Under the pieces are notes generated by a model. That model saw only the letters and a program-made list of their open reading frames with translations. It searched no databases and had not been told where the DNA came from. DNA of 64,000 nt. Source: Candidatus Eiseniibacteriota bacterium (GTDB taxonomy: Bacteria > Joyebacterota > Joyebacteria > Joyebacterales > Joyebacteraceae). A program made the position numbers and the translations under genes. Positions 28,081 through 37,959 of the stretch are shown here, piece by piece; positions within the stretch are counted from its first letter, which is position 1, and every line of letters begins with the position of its first letter. Location of the stretch: contig JAUVLG010000001.1 of NCBI GenBank assembly GCA_030595835.1, forward strand, positions 4,614 to 68,613, in the 5' to 3' direction.

Positions 28081-29262
28081 ATGACGACGAAGAACCGAGA
28101 CAGAACTCGCAGCGACGTCGACTCGTTCTTCATGAGCAGAGCATTCGAGCTGGCGAAGCGCGGGCGGGGCGCCACCAGTCCCAACCCGGTCGTCGGTGCG
28201 GTGATCGTCAGAGACGGCGAGATAGTTGGCAGCGGCTATCACGAGCGTTACGGGAGCGCGCACGCCGAGGTGAACGCTCTCGCTGAGGCCGGCGCGAGGG
28301 CATCCGGAGCCACGCTATACGTCACGCTGGAGCCGTGCTCTATCTCAGGTAAGACCCCGCCGTGCACGGACGCGATAGTTGCGGCGGGCATCGCCAGAAC
28401 CGTGGTTCCGGTCGAGGACCCGAACCCGAGAGTGTCAGGGGAGGGCATCTCGATCCTTCGAAATGCGGGGGTAGAGGTTGACCTTGGTCTGATGCACGAA
28501 GAAGCGCGGAGTCTGAACGCTGCGTACTTCAAGTATCGGAGTACGGGACTACCGTTCACCACGCTCAAGCTCGCGCTCTCACTGGACGGGCGCATCGCGC
28601 CGCCACCGGGCGGCACACGCTGGACCTCGTCCGAAGCGTCCCGCGAACTCGTACACGCAATGAGAGCAAAGGTCGACTGTGTGATGGTCGGCATAGGCAC
28701 GGTCCTGGCCGACGATCCGTTGTTAACTGACAGGCGGACCCGGACCGGTGGTCACGCGCCGGATGGCATGTCTCCCGACGGCGGCCCGCGGCAGCCGGCG
28801 CGGCTGGTACTGGACACGCACCTGCGCACTCCGCTCGAGTCGGCCATTGTCAGCGGCGCCCGTGATGTCCGGACCATCGTGGTGTGTCGTGAGAGCGCTG
28901 ATCCGTCGCGCCGCGCGCAGCTTGAGGGAGCCGGTGTCGCCGTGTGGAGTGCAGGCACTCTCGACGGAAGACTCGATCTGGACGTCGTCTTGAGGCGGGC
29001 GGCCGCCGAGGGACTCATCTCGGTGCTGTCCGAGGGTGGCGCTGGCGTTGCGAGCTCGCTCTTGAACGGAGGGTTCGTCGACCGCGTGGCGTTCTTCGTG
29101 ACGCCGAAACTGTACGGCGGCGGGGGGGTACCGGCACTTGGAACGCTGGACGACAGCTGGTGGAGCGAGCGCAGCAGACTGGTCAACGGAACGTGGACGG
29201 AGATTGGCGGTGACTGTCTGTTTGAGTCGGATGTGTTTGCCTCGGACGGGGAGCCCGTCTAA
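28081..29262 (+). CDS. ribD: Bifunctional riboflavin biosynthesis protein RibD (deaminase/reductase)
   Basis: FFMSRAFELAKRGRGATSPNPVVGAVIVRDGEIVGSGYHERYGSAHAEVNAL...YVTLEPC deaminase motifs, then the C-terminal reductase domain. ATG at 28081; the track's TTG start is at 28075. Confidence 0.85.
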   Translation: MTTKNRDRTRSDVDSFFMSRAFELAKRGRGATSPNPVVGAVIVRDGEIVGSGYHERYGSAHAEVNALAEAGARASGATLYVTLEPCSISGKTPPCTDAIVAAGIARTVVPVEDPNPRVSGEGISILRNAGVEVDLGLMHEEARSLNAAYFKYRSTGLPFTTLKLALSLDGRIAPPPGGTRWTSSEASRELVHAMRAKVDCVMVGIGTVLADDPLLTDRRTRTGGHAPDGMSPDGGPRQPARLVLDTHLRTPLESAIVSGARDVRTIVVCRESADPSRRAQLEGAGVAVWSAGTLDGRLDLDVVLRRAAAEGLISVLSEGGAGVASSLLNGGFVDRVAFFVTPKLYGGGGVPALGTLDDSWWSERSRLVNGTWTEIGGDCLFESDVFASDGEPV

Positions 29263-29274
29263 GGAGAGCCCTTG

Positions 29275-29946
29275 ATGTTCACAGGTCTCGTGGAGTGCAA
29301 GGGAAGAGTCGTGTGGATGCGTCGGGTGGCCGGCGCGGCGATCATTCGGATCACGGCACCCTTCGCTTCCGAACTCGAGCAAGGCGAGAGCGTGTCGGTG
29401 AAGGGCGTCTGCCAGACGGTCGTCCGGTCCGACGCCGCCGGGTTCGAGGTCGAGGCCGTGGCCCAGACGCTTGCGGTCACGACGCTCGGGGAGTTGGGGA
29501 GTGGCGACGAAGTGAACCTCGAACGCGCGCTCAGACTGGGCGACAGGCTCGGTGGCCACATGGTCGCCGGGCACGTGGACGGCGTCGCCCGCGTTCTGGA
29601 ACTCCGCAGCGACAGGGACGGGACTCGGCTGACGCTGGAACTGCCCGCTCCGCTTGTTCGGTACGTCGTGGCGCGTGGTTCCATCGCGGTGGACGGTGTC
29701 AGTCTGACGGTGGCGGAGGTATCGGGCGAGCGAGTGACCGTGGCTCTGATCCCGGAGACGCTGCGAGCCACAGGGGCCGCTTCGTACGAACCCGGCATGA
29801 AGGTCAACATAGAGACGGACATTCTGGCGAAACACCAGGAGAAACTGCTCGAACGACAGGGTGAAGCATCGGGCCCGCCGGACGGGAAGAAGAGCGCAGG
29901 CGGGTTGACAGAGAAACGACTCAGGGAACTGGGATTCATGGAGTGA
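29275..29946 (+). CDS. ribE: Riboflavin synthase (alpha chain)
   Basis: MFTGLVE start and two lumazine-binding repeats. AAGGAGAG ribosome-binding site 6 nt upstream of ATG 29275. Confidence 0.85.
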   Translation: MFTGLVECKGRVVWMRRVAGAAIIRITAPFASELEQGESVSVKGVCQTVVRSDAAGFEVEAVAQTLAVTTLGELGSGDEVNLERALRLGDRLGGHMVAGHVDGVARVLELRSDRDGTRLTLELPAPLVRYVVARGSIAVDGVSLTVAEVSGERVTVALIPETLRATGAASYEPGMKVNIETDILAKHQEKLLERQGEASGPPDGKKSAGGLTEKRLRELGFME

Positions 29947-29951
29947 GGATC

Positions 29952-31208
29952 ATGAAGGAAAGACTCCGTACGGTTACGGCCGCGATCGAGGACATCCGTC
30001 AGGGCAAGATGATCATCGTGGTCGACGATGAGACAAGGGAGAACGAGGGCGACCTGATCATGGCCGCCGAGAAGGTGACGCCCGAAGCGATCAACTTCAT
30101 CTCCCGGGAGGGCCGGGGACTCATCTGCGTGTCGATGACCGGCGCGCGCCTCGACGACCTCGATCTTCATCCAATGGTGGGGAAGAACACGTCGATAATG
30201 GGCACGGCCTTCGCCGTGTCGGTCGACGCGGTCAAGGGGACGACGACCGGCATCTCGGCGCACGACCGCGCGACCACCATCGAGGCTTTGGTCGCTCCCG
30301 CCACAAGGCCGTCCGACCTCGGGAGACCGGGCCACATTTTCCCGCTGCGCGCGAGTGAGGGAGGAGTCCTCAAGCGGGCCGGCCACACGGAGGCGGCGGT
30401 GGACCTGGCGAGACTGGCGGGTCTGGCGCCCGCCGGAGTGCTGTGCGAGATCATGGGTGAGGACGGGAGCATGGCGAGGATGCCGGAGCTCACGCGCATG
30501 GCCAAGCGCTTTGAGCTGGGCATCGTGAGCGTCCGCTCCATCATCGAGTACAGGCGGTCGACCGAGAGACTCGTGCACGCGGCCGCGCGGACGGTCCTGC
30601 CGACGAGGTACGGCGAGTTCGAGCTGGTGGTATACGAGAGCGACCTCGATCGTGACCCGCATCTCGCGCTGATCAAGGGGGAACCGGCGCCCGAGAAGGA
30701 CGTGCTGGTCCGGGTGCACTCCGAGTGTCTGACCGGCGACGTCTTCGGGTCGGCGCGGTGCGACTGCGGCGACCAGTTGGGACAGGCACTGGAAGCGATA
30801 GAGCGGGAGGGCGAGGGCGTCTTCCTCTACATGCGTCAGGAGGGGCGCGGGATCGGCCTTCTCAATAAGCTCAAGGCCTACGAACTCCAGGACAATGGTA
30901 GAGATACAGTGGAAGCCAACGAGGAGTTGGGCTTCGAAGCCGACCTGAGGGACTACGGGATCGGGGCGCAGATCCTTGCTGATATCGGAGTCCGTCGCAT
31001 AAGGCTCCTGACGAACAACCCGCGGAAGGTGGTAGGGCTGGAGGGCTACGGGCTGACGATCGTGGAGAGAGTGCCGATCGAGATAGAACCCACTGACAGG
31101 AACAGGCGCTATCTGACGACGAAGAAGGAGAAGCTGGGACATCTGCTGGAGCTGGAGAAGTGCGCCGTCTGCACGAGCGGCGGCTCTGGTCCGGAACGAG
31201 ACGAGTAA
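29952..31208 (+). CDS. ribBA: Bifunctional 3,4-dihydroxy-2-butanone-4-phosphate synthase / GTP cyclohydrolase II
   Basis: [29 protein letters not shown] (RibB) and [15 protein letters not shown]...[10 protein letters not shown] (RibA) motifs. The start could alternatively be GTG 29943. Confidence 0.9.
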   Translation: MKERLRTVTAAIEDIRQGKMIIVVDDETRENEGDLIMAAEKVTPEAINFISREGRGLICVSMTGARLDDLDLHPMVGKNTSIMGTAFAVSVDAVKGTTTGISAHDRATTIEALVAPATRPSDLGRPGHIFPLRASEGGVLKRAGHTEAAVDLARLAGLAPAGVLCEIMGEDGSMARMPELTRMAKRFELGIVSVRSIIEYRRSTERLVHAAARTVLPTRYGEFELVVYESDLDRDPHLALIKGEPAPEKDVLVRVHSECLTGDVFGSARCDCGDQLGQALEAIEREGEGVFLYMRQEGRGIGLLNKLKAYELQDNGRDTVEANEELGFEADLRDYGIGAQILADIGVRRIRLLTNNPRKVVGLEGYGLTIVERVPIEIEPTDRNRRYLTTKKEKLGHLLELEKCAVCTSGGSGPERDE

Positions 31209-31225
31209 CGGAGGGAACTGAAGAC

Positions 31226-31693
31226 ATGAGCAAGGTCTACGAGGGGAACATCACCGGTAAGGGACGGAAGTTCGCGATCGTCATCTCGCGGTTCAACGAA
31301 TTCGTCTCGCTCAGGCTTCTGGAAGGGGCGATGGACTGTCTGAGGAGGCACGGGACGGCCGACGATGACATCTCCGTTGCGTGGGTGCCGGGCGCCTTTG
31401 ACATCCCCGCGGTCGCCAAAAGAATGGGTGGCTCCGGGAGTTACGATGCGGTAATATGCTTGGGCGTGGTCATCCGTGGGGCGACCCCGCATTTTGACTA
31501 CGTGGCCTCGGAAGTTTCGAAGGGTGTTGCGCATGTGGCGGCGGAAACGGGTGTTCCTGCCGTCTTCGGAGTCGTGACGGCCGACAGCCTGGAACAGGCC
31601 ATCGAGCGCGCCGGGTCGAAGAGCGGAAACAGGGGATGGGACGCGGCGCAGTCGGCCATGGAACTGGCCGACCTCTACGCGTGTATGGAATAG
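31226..31693 (+). CDS. ribH: 6,7-dimethyl-8-ribityllumazine synthase
   Basis: [13 protein letters not shown]...WVPGAFDIP...[18 protein letters not shown] canonical motifs. ATG at 31226 follows GGAGGG. Confidence 0.9.
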   Translation: MSKVYEGNITGKGRKFAIVISRFNEFVSLRLLEGAMDCLRRHGTADDDISVAWVPGAFDIPAVAKRMGGSGSYDAVICLGVVIRGATPHFDYVASEVSKGVAHVAAETGVPAVFGVVTADSLEQAIERAGSKSGNRGWDAAQSAMELADLYACME

Positions 31694-31719
31694 TGGACGG
31701 CGAGAGGGGCGTTCCATTC

Positions 31720-32133
31720 ATGGACGTCAGAAGGGAAGGCCGCGAGCTCGCCGTGATGCTCCTGTATCGCGAGAAGCTGACGGGGCTTGCGGACCTGACG
31801 ATACCGGACATAGAGGATGTCAGCGCGGATGCAGTGCGATTCGCGGGCAAGCTCCTGTCCGGCGTGCGTTCCGATCTTCCGGCCATTGACGCCGCAATAT
31901 CCGAGGCGAGCGAGCACTGGGATATCTCCCGGATGGGCCTCGTGGATCTCGCGATGCTCCGTGTTGGTGTGTACGAGCTGCTCGAGCGGCCGGACACGCC
32001 GGTTGGCGTCATCATCAACGAGGCGGTGGAGATAGCCCGCAAGTTCAGTTCGGATGAATGCAGCAGGTTCGTCAACGGAGTCCTCGACCGGATAGCCGGG
32101 GACGTCAGAGGCGAGGTGAACACGGAGGACTGA
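31720..32133 (+). CDS. nusB: Transcription antitermination factor NusB
   Basis: 137-aa all-helical protein directly after ribH (conserved ribH-nusB pairing). ATG at 31720. Confidence 0.8.
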   Translation: MDVRREGRELAVMLLYREKLTGLADLTIPDIEDVSADAVRFAGKLLSGVRSDLPAIDAAISEASEHWDISRMGLVDLAMLRVGVYELLERPDTPVGVIINEAVEIARKFSSDECSRFVNGVLDRIAGDVRGEVNTED

Positions 32134-32142
32134 CAGACTCCC

Positions 32143-32868
32143 GTGCGATACGCCATTCTGAGCGACATACACGGCAACTACGAGGCCTTCACGGCGGTGC
32201 TCAAGGCAGTCGACGGGATGGACATCGATGATGTCGTTTGCCTCGGGGATGTTGTGGGCTACGGCGCCAATCCCAACGAGGTCGTTGAACTCGCGAGAAC
32301 GAGAGTCAGGGTGACCATCCTAGGCAACCATGACCAGGCGGCCGTGGACCCGGCCGAGGAAGCGCACTTCAACTCGTGGGCCGTGCAGGCCATCCGCTGG
32401 ACGCGCGACAGGCTGACCGCGGACAGCTTGGACTACCTCAGAAGCTTGGCTTACGAGAGCCTTCTTCCGGATGTCCGCTTCGTTCACGCGTCTCCGAGTG
32501 AGCCCGAGAAGTGGCGTTACATCCTGAGTCCCCAGGCGGCGGCGCGGGAATTCTCGACGTTCGAGGAGTCGTTCTGTTTCATCGGTCACTCGCACGTGCC
32601 TATGATAGTCCTGAGAACGGAAGTCGGGACCAGTGAACTGCTGGACGGCGAAGTAGCCCTGCCGGCGGGCGCGCGCGTGCTGATAAATGTTGGGAGCGTG
32701 GGGCAGCCGAGGAACGGCGATCCGCGCGCGAGCTTCGCGGTCCTGGATCTTGAGGACAGGAGCGCGCATCTGGTCCAGGTTCCGTACGACGTTGACGCGG
32801 CACGTGCCAAGATAGTCGAGGCTGGGTTGCCTCGATTTCTGGGGGACAGGCTCCTGCTCGGACAGTAG
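32143..32868 (+). CDS. Metallophosphoesterase (calcineurin-like, YfcE/MJ0936-type)
   Basis: Motifs ILSDIHGN, CLGDVVGYG, ILGNHD and GHSH. GTG start. Confidence 0.7.
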   Translation: MRYAILSDIHGNYEAFTAVLKAVDGMDIDDVVCLGDVVGYGANPNEVVELARTRVRVTILGNHDQAAVDPAEEAHFNSWAVQAIRWTRDRLTADSLDYLRSLAYESLLPDVRFVHASPSEPEKWRYILSPQAAAREFSTFEESFCFIGHSHVPMIVLRTEVGTSELLDGEVALPAGARVLINVGSVGQPRNGDPRASFAVLDLEDRSAHLVQVPYDVDAARAKIVEAGLPRFLGDRLLLGQ

Positions 32869-32889
32869 ACGGTCGACCGGAGGATGAAC

Positions 32890-33822
32890 ATGCTGACAGC
32901 AAGCGTCGGCGTGATGGCATACAACGAAGAGCAGAACATCGGCAAGCTCCTGACGGCACTCAAGGGACAGTCCCTCGAGAACGTGGAGATTCGCCAGATC
33001 ATCGTGGTGTCCAGCGGCTCGAGCGACCACACCGACGAGATAGTCGCCGAGTGCGCGGCGAAGGACGACCGGATATCGCTCATCAGGCAGGAACAGCGCA
33101 TGGGCAAGGCATCGGCCATCAATCTGTTCCTGGATGCGGCCGAAGCGGATATCTTCGTGCTTGAGAGCGGCGACACCATCCCTGCGCCCGATTGCGTGGA
33201 GCGCATGCTCGCGCCCTTCACCAACTCCGGCGTGGGCATGAGCGGGGGCAGACCCGTTCCCGTCGATGACCCGAACACATTCATGGGTTTCGTGGTCCAC
33301 ATGCTGTGGCGGCTCCACCACATGCTGGCGCTCAAGTCGCCGAAGCTGGGAGAGATGGTCGCTTTCCGGTCGTTTGTGAGATCTATCCCAGCGGATACCG
33401 CGGTGGACGAAGCCAGCATCGAGGCCCTCGTCATCGAGGAAGGACTGTCGCTGGCGTACGCGCACGATGCCATCGTCTACAACAAGGGGGCCGCGACGGT
33501 CGGCGATTTCCTCAAGCAAAGACGGCGCATCTACGCGGGGCACATCTGGCTGTCGAAGGTCCAGTCCTACGAGGTGTCGACCAAGAAGGTCGGCGGCATT
33601 CTCTCGGTTCTGCTGGAGGATCTCAAACCGACCCCGCGGACGCTTCTGTGGACAGCCGGCGGCGTGTTCCTGGAGTTCGTGGGACGCCTGCTGGGCGCCA
33701 TCGACTATCACGTCCTGAAGAGGAACCCCTACACGTGGGAAGTGTCCCACAGTACGAAGAACCTCGACGCGCCCGTGAGTCATGACAGCGGAGCGAGGGG
33801 GGCGGGGGCGCTCGATGGTTGA
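32890..33822 (+). CDS. Family 2 glycosyltransferase
   Basis: VGVMAYNEEQNI start with DxD-type GT-A fold features (ESGDTIP). ATG 32890 has better ribosome-binding-site spacing than 32884. Confidence 0.65.
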   Translation: MLTASVGVMAYNEEQNIGKLLTALKGQSLENVEIRQIIVVSSGSSDHTDEIVAECAAKDDRISLIRQEQRMGKASAINLFLDAAEADIFVLESGDTIPAPDCVERMLAPFTNSGVGMSGGRPVPVDDPNTFMGFVVHMLWRLHHMLALKSPKLGEMVAFRSFVRSIPADTAVDEASIEALVIEEGLSLAYAHDAIVYNKGAATVGDFLKQRRRIYAGHIWLSKVQSYEVSTKKVGGILSVLLEDLKPTPRTLLWTAGGVFLEFVGRLLGAIDYHVLKRNPYTWEVSHSTKNLDAPVSHDSGARGAGALDG

Positions 33823-34918
33823 GATCCTCGCGAAGATCCCATTCTACAAGCTGGCCCGCGCGACGGGGTGGCCCCGCGTGCTCCCGCTGAACCTGACGGT
33901 CAGCGTTACGTATCGCTGCAACTCCCGATGCCTCACGTGCAACGTCTACACAAAGGAAGCGGCTGAGTTTACGGTGGACGAGTTCGATCGGACCTTCCGG
34001 TCGCTCGGCCGCGCGCCGTACTGGTACACGATGAGCGGCGGCGAGCCCTTCCTTCGATCCGACCTGCCGGATATCTGCGCGAGTGCGTACCTGCACGGCA
34101 AGCCTAGGATAATCAACATACCGACCAACGGTCTCCTCTCGTCGCGAATACCCTCAATGGTCGAGGAGATCGCGCGGCGCTGCCCGAGAACACAGATCAT
34201 CATCAACCTCTCACTCGACGGCATAGAGGACGAGCACGACAGGATCAGGGGCGTTCCCGGCAGCTTCGAGAAGGCCGTCGAGACGTACCGCGGCCTGCGG
34301 GCTCTGAACGTCCCGAATCTTGCCTTGGGTGTTCACACCGTGATCTCAGTACACAACGTCGAGCGGATACCCGCAATCTATGAGCACATCACCCGGGAGC
34401 TCGCTCCCGACTCGTTCATCACGGAGATCGCGGAGGAACGAGTGGAACTCGAGACGATCGGCGCCTCGATAACACCGCCGGCGGATGCGTACGGCCGCGC
34501 CGTCGACTTCCTGATCGCGCGCATCAGGGAGCAGAGTTACTCGGGCATCTCGCGCATCACGCAATCGTTCCGGATCCGCTATTACGAACTGGTGAAGCGC
34601 TTCCTCGCTGCCGGCGGCCAGCCGATCCCGTGCTACGCGGGAGTGGCGTCGGCCCAGATCGCTCCGGATGGCCACGTGTGGTTCTGCTGCATCAAGGCCG
34701 AGTCGATGGGGAACCTGCGCGACGTGGATTACGACTTCCGCCGCATCTGGTACGGCGAGCCGGCGGTGGAGGAACGGAAGAGGGTCCGTGCAGGCGACTG
34801 TTCGTGTCCACTCGCGAACGCCGCCTACACGAACATGCTGATGCACGTGCCGACGGTCGCGGGCGTGGCCTTCGAGGTTGCAGCAGGACGGAGCGGTGGG
34901 AAGACAAGGAGAGCGTGA
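33815..34918 (+). CDS. Radical SAM enzyme with C-terminal SPASM/twitch-like cysteine cluster
   Basis: CX3CX2C motif YRCNSRCLTCNV plus GGEPFL. C-terminal extra cysteines: CYAGV...WFCC...GDCSCP. ATG overlaps the upstream GT2 stop (ATGGTTGA). Confidence 0.7.
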   Translation: MVEILAKIPFYKLARATGWPRVLPLNLTVSVTYRCNSRCLTCNVYTKEAAEFTVDEFDRTFRSLGRAPYWYTMSGGEPFLRSDLPDICASAYLHGKPRIINIPTNGLLSSRIPSMVEEIARRCPRTQIIINLSLDGIEDEHDRIRGVPGSFEKAVETYRGLRALNVPNLALGVHTVISVHNVERIPAIYEHITRELAPDSFITEIAEERVELETIGASITPPADAYGRAVDFLIARIREQSYSGISRITQSFRIRYYELVKRFLAAGGQPIPCYAGVASAQIAPDGHVWFCCIKAESMGNLRDVDYDFRRIWYGEPAVEERKRVRAGDCSCPLANAAYTNMLMHVPTVAGVAFEVAAGRSGGKTRRA

Positions 34919-34921
34919 GAA

Positions 34922-36061
34922 GTGGCCGTTTTTCTGGAGGAGATAGGACGCTACCGGCTGGAGGATGTGCGGAACGCGATAGGTCGGGCCCTGGACGAAC
35001 TGGGCGTGGACCTCTCGGGCAAGCGCACGGCGTTCATCAAGCCCAACCTCGTCATCGCCGCGAAGCCCGGGACGGCCGTCGTGACACACCCCGTGGTGGT
35101 CGAGGCGCTCGTCGGCGTACTGCGGGAGCGAGGACTCACGTCGATCTCGATGGGTGATGGACCGGGGGTCGGACTCGACGTCGAGAAGGTCTTCCGCGTG
35201 ACCGGGTACAGGAAGCTCTCCGAGCGCCTGGGTGTTGAACTCGTCAATCTCAACACCACGGAGCGACGGAAGAGGGAATGGAAGTACGGGGAGATGGGAG
35301 TTCCCGCGATAGTCGAGGACACCGACCTCTATGTCAACGTACCGAAGCTCAAGACGCACGGTTACACGAAGGTCACGCTTGCGGTCAAGAACCACAAGGG
35401 CCTGCTGTCCGAGGCCGACAAGAAGCGCGATCATCAGTTGGGGTTGCACGATCCTCTGGCCCAGCAGGCCACGATACGTCCCCCTGACCTCATCGTGCTG
35501 GACGGCATAACAGGAGTGGAGGGGGACGGCCCCCTCAACGGCAAGGTTGTGAAGTCGCGCGTCTTCGCGGTCGGCACCAACATGGTCGAGGTCGATGCGG
35601 TGGCCGCGCGTCTGATGGGGTTCGATCCTGCCGAGATAGAGCACCTGAGACTGGCGCACGAACTCGGCGTGGGCAACATGGACCCCGAGGTCAGGGGAGC
35701 AGCGCCCTCGAGGCAGTTTGAACCTGCCAACGAGGAGTTCGGCCGCGTCGCGAACATCTACTCGTGGCGCGATCCTACCGCGTGCTCCATGTGCATCGAC
35801 TCATTCAGCGGAGCGGCACACCTGGCGGTGCGCAAGCCGAAGTACTGGTTTACGCTGGTACCGAAGCTGGCGTACTGGGGCGTGTTCAAGAAGCTCCACA
35901 TCATCCAGGGGAAGGCGGCACGGCTTCCGGGTGAGCGCGGACGAGTCATCTGCCTCGGACAATGCACCCGCGACCTTGCGGAGAGCGAGGGCCTCACGCA
36001 CATAGCCGGGTGCCCACCGACGCCCGAGGAAGTGGCCGAGACTCTGAGGAAGGAACTCTAA
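34922..36061 (+). CDS. DUF362 domain protein (putative Fe-S protein)
   Basis: Hallmark AFIKPNLV motif near the N-terminus. C-terminal cysteines: CSMCID, CLGQC, GCPP. GTG start 3 nt after the radical-SAM stop. Confidence 0.6.
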   Translation: MAVFLEEIGRYRLEDVRNAIGRALDELGVDLSGKRTAFIKPNLVIAAKPGTAVVTHPVVVEALVGVLRERGLTSISMGDGPGVGLDVEKVFRVTGYRKLSERLGVELVNLNTTERRKREWKYGEMGVPAIVEDTDLYVNVPKLKTHGYTKVTLAVKNHKGLLSEADKKRDHQLGLHDPLAQQATIRPPDLIVLDGITGVEGDGPLNGKVVKSRVFAVGTNMVEVDAVAARLMGFDPAEIEHLRLAHELGVGNMDPEVRGAAPSRQFEPANEEFGRVANIYSWRDPTACSMCIDSFSGAAHLAVRKPKYWFTLVPKLAYWGVFKKLHIIQGKAARLPGERGRVICLGQCTRDLAESEGLTHIAGCPPTPEEVAETLRKEL

Positions 36062-36064
36062 CGC

Positions 36065-36919
36065 ATGGCGGCGACGGACAAGGACACCGGACTGGGAACC
36101 AGCTACGAGCGCATCGCCGTGGCGCGGCTCCTCGCGGGACTCGCTGAGAGGTACACCATCAGCAAGGTGCTCGAGGGCCCCACGGACGGCATAACAGGAA
36201 TCAGCGGGCTCAACAGCATTCCTCTCGCGCAGCGTGGTGCGTCCGTCGAACTCGTGCTCGGGGATCCCGACGAGGTCGTGCTTGCCGAGCGCGCCTGGGA
36301 GACGCTTGGTCTGAAGGACAGGGTCACGATTCGGGCGGCCGGCGGGGATTCTCTCGGGGTCGAGCCACGCTCCTACGATCTGGTGTGGAACTTCAACTCG
36401 CTTCCCATTGTCGCGTCGGCTGACGCACTTCTGGACGAGATGTGCGAGGCCAGCCGTGAATTCGTCATGGTCTTCGTTTCCAACACGTGGAACTACGGGT
36501 TCCCGATCCATCGCCTTCACCACAAGGTCGCGGGTGAACCATGGAGCCACGGGAACATCTCCGTGATGAACACACGAATGGTATCCGAGAGGCTCGAGCA
36601 GCGGGGATTCAAGATCATCGAGCGCCTGCTGGTCGACACCCCGTGGTGGCCGGACATCGATTCACCGATAGAGGAGGTCGCCGCGACCTTCCTTCCATTC
36701 CTCAAGAGGTTCGTCAGCGGTTCGAAGAGGCTGGAGAGGTACACCTGGACGATAGACACGCTCCCGTACTTCGACGAGGAGCGACTCGCCCGTCTCCTGT
36801 CCGACATCGAGAAGCACTTCGCGATAGAGAACACCGGATTCAAACCCCTCAAGATCTTCTTTGCGCACCACAGAGGCGTGCTCGCGCGGAGGACCGGGGG
36901 CGGGGAGGCGTCGGTTTGA
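36065..36919 (+). CDS. Hypothetical protein, possibly a degenerate class I methyltransferase-like fold
   Basis: VLEGPTDGITGISGL and DLVWNFNSL resemble methyltransferase motifs I and II only loosely. No firm family call. Confidence 0.35.
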   Translation: MAATDKDTGLGTSYERIAVARLLAGLAERYTISKVLEGPTDGITGISGLNSIPLAQRGASVELVLGDPDEVVLAERAWETLGLKDRVTIRAAGGDSLGVEPRSYDLVWNFNSLPIVASADALLDEMCEASREFVMVFVSNTWNYGFPIHRLHHKVAGEPWSHGNISVMNTRMVSERLEQRGFKIIERLLVDTPWWPDIDSPIEEVAATFLPFLKRFVSGSKRLERYTWTIDTLPYFDEERLARLLSDIEKHFAIENTGFKPLKIFFAHHRGVLARRTGGGEASV

Positions 36920-37959
36920 GTCGGCGACTCCGCATAACGCTCGGGATCATAGCGGGCGTTGTTCTCCTGGCACTCGCCCTGTGGGGCGTGGATGCGACCG
37001 AGCTTCGGAACAACATCGCCCGAGCGAAGGTCGGCTGGCTCGCCGCCGCCGCCGTTCTCTACCTCGCCGCGTACTTCGTGCGCAGTCTCAGATGGCGCGC
37101 CATTCTCCACCCAATCGTTCCTGTCCGCGTCTCCGAGAGCTTCCACATGCTCATGGCCGGGTATTTCCTCAACTACATCATCCCGATCAGAGCGGGGGAA
37201 GTGGCGAAGTCGTTCTTTCTGAAGAGGCTCAAGGGTGTGCCGATCGCGACGACCCTCCCGACGGTGTTTGTGGACAAACTGTTCGAACTCGTCTCGATCC
37301 TCTTCGTCGTCACCATGCTGCCGATACTCTCGATCAGCATGAGCGCGACGCTCGCCGCGCTGATCTACACCGTCCTGGCCATCTTCCTGCTGGCGATCGG
37401 GTTGCTCTTCTTCGCGTTTCGAAACCCGGACGGCGCCTCACGTCTTCTGTGCGCCCTGTTCTCGTGGATGCCCCACCGTGTCTACAGTAAGCTGTCCGAA
37501 TTCATCAGCCTCTTCGTGCAGGGCATGGGGGTCGCCAGACGTGAGGCCCGCACGCTCTGGATGTTTCTGGGGCTGACGGGCCTCGCCGTGCTCATCGACG
37601 GGCTCTACTTCTACTTCATGTTCAGGGCCTTTTCGGTCGATGTCGCCTTTACGAGAGTCCTCTTCGGGTATACTCTGCTGACGTTGTCGTACATCCTGCC
37701 GACGCCACCGGCACAGATCGGCTACAACGAGTTCGTGATAGGGCTGATCTTCGCGGGAGGAATCGCGGTGGGCGGTGTGGCCCGAGATGAGGTGATGGCA
37801 GTGGTCATAGTCGCACACGCGATGACGGGGCTTCTCATCGCAGGTGTCGGCATGTGGTCGTTTGGTGCGATGGGTATCAAGGTGAAAGAGAGCTTCAGGA
37901 GGGTGGCCGGCGTCGCAGGGGACGACGGCACGAAGAGCGGGAGGTCGGAGCGTGAGTGA
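36916..37959 (+). CDS. UPF0104/flippase-like domain membrane protein (MprF-N-terminal/AglD-like family)
   Basis: Polytopic. Motifs ALWGVDATELRNNIARAKVGWLAAA, LRWRAIL and YFLNYIIPIRAGEVAKSFFLKR are typical of the TIGR00374 flippase-like family. TTG start at 36916 overlaps the upstream stop (TTGA) and follows GGGGAGG. The track's 36541 start lies inside the previous gene. Confidence 0.6.
   Translation: MSRRLRITLGIIAGVVLLALALWGVDATELRNNIARAKVGWLAAAAVLYLAAYFVRSLRWRAILHPIVPVRVSESFHMLMAGYFLNYIIPIRAGEVAKSFFLKRLKGVPIATTLPTVFVDKLFELVSILFVVTMLPILSISMSATLAALIYTVLAIFLLAIGLLFFAFRNPDGASRLLCALFSWMPHRVYSKLSEFISLFVQGMGVARREARTLWMFLGLTGLAVLIDGLYFYFMFRAFSVDVAFTRVLFGYTLLTLSYILPTPPAQIGYNEFVIGLIFAGGIAVGGVARDEVMAVVIVAHAMTGLLIAGVGMWSFGAMGIKVKESFRRVAGVAGDDGTKSGRSERE

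Noticed and set aside
36541-37959. ORF-track 472-aa ORF start at 36541 for the flippase-like protein
   Set aside because: Its first 125 codons overlap the upstream gene in another frame and translate to Arg/His-rich nonsense. The TTG at 36916 with a GGGGAGG ribosome-binding site and TTGA overlap gives a sensible N-terminus.
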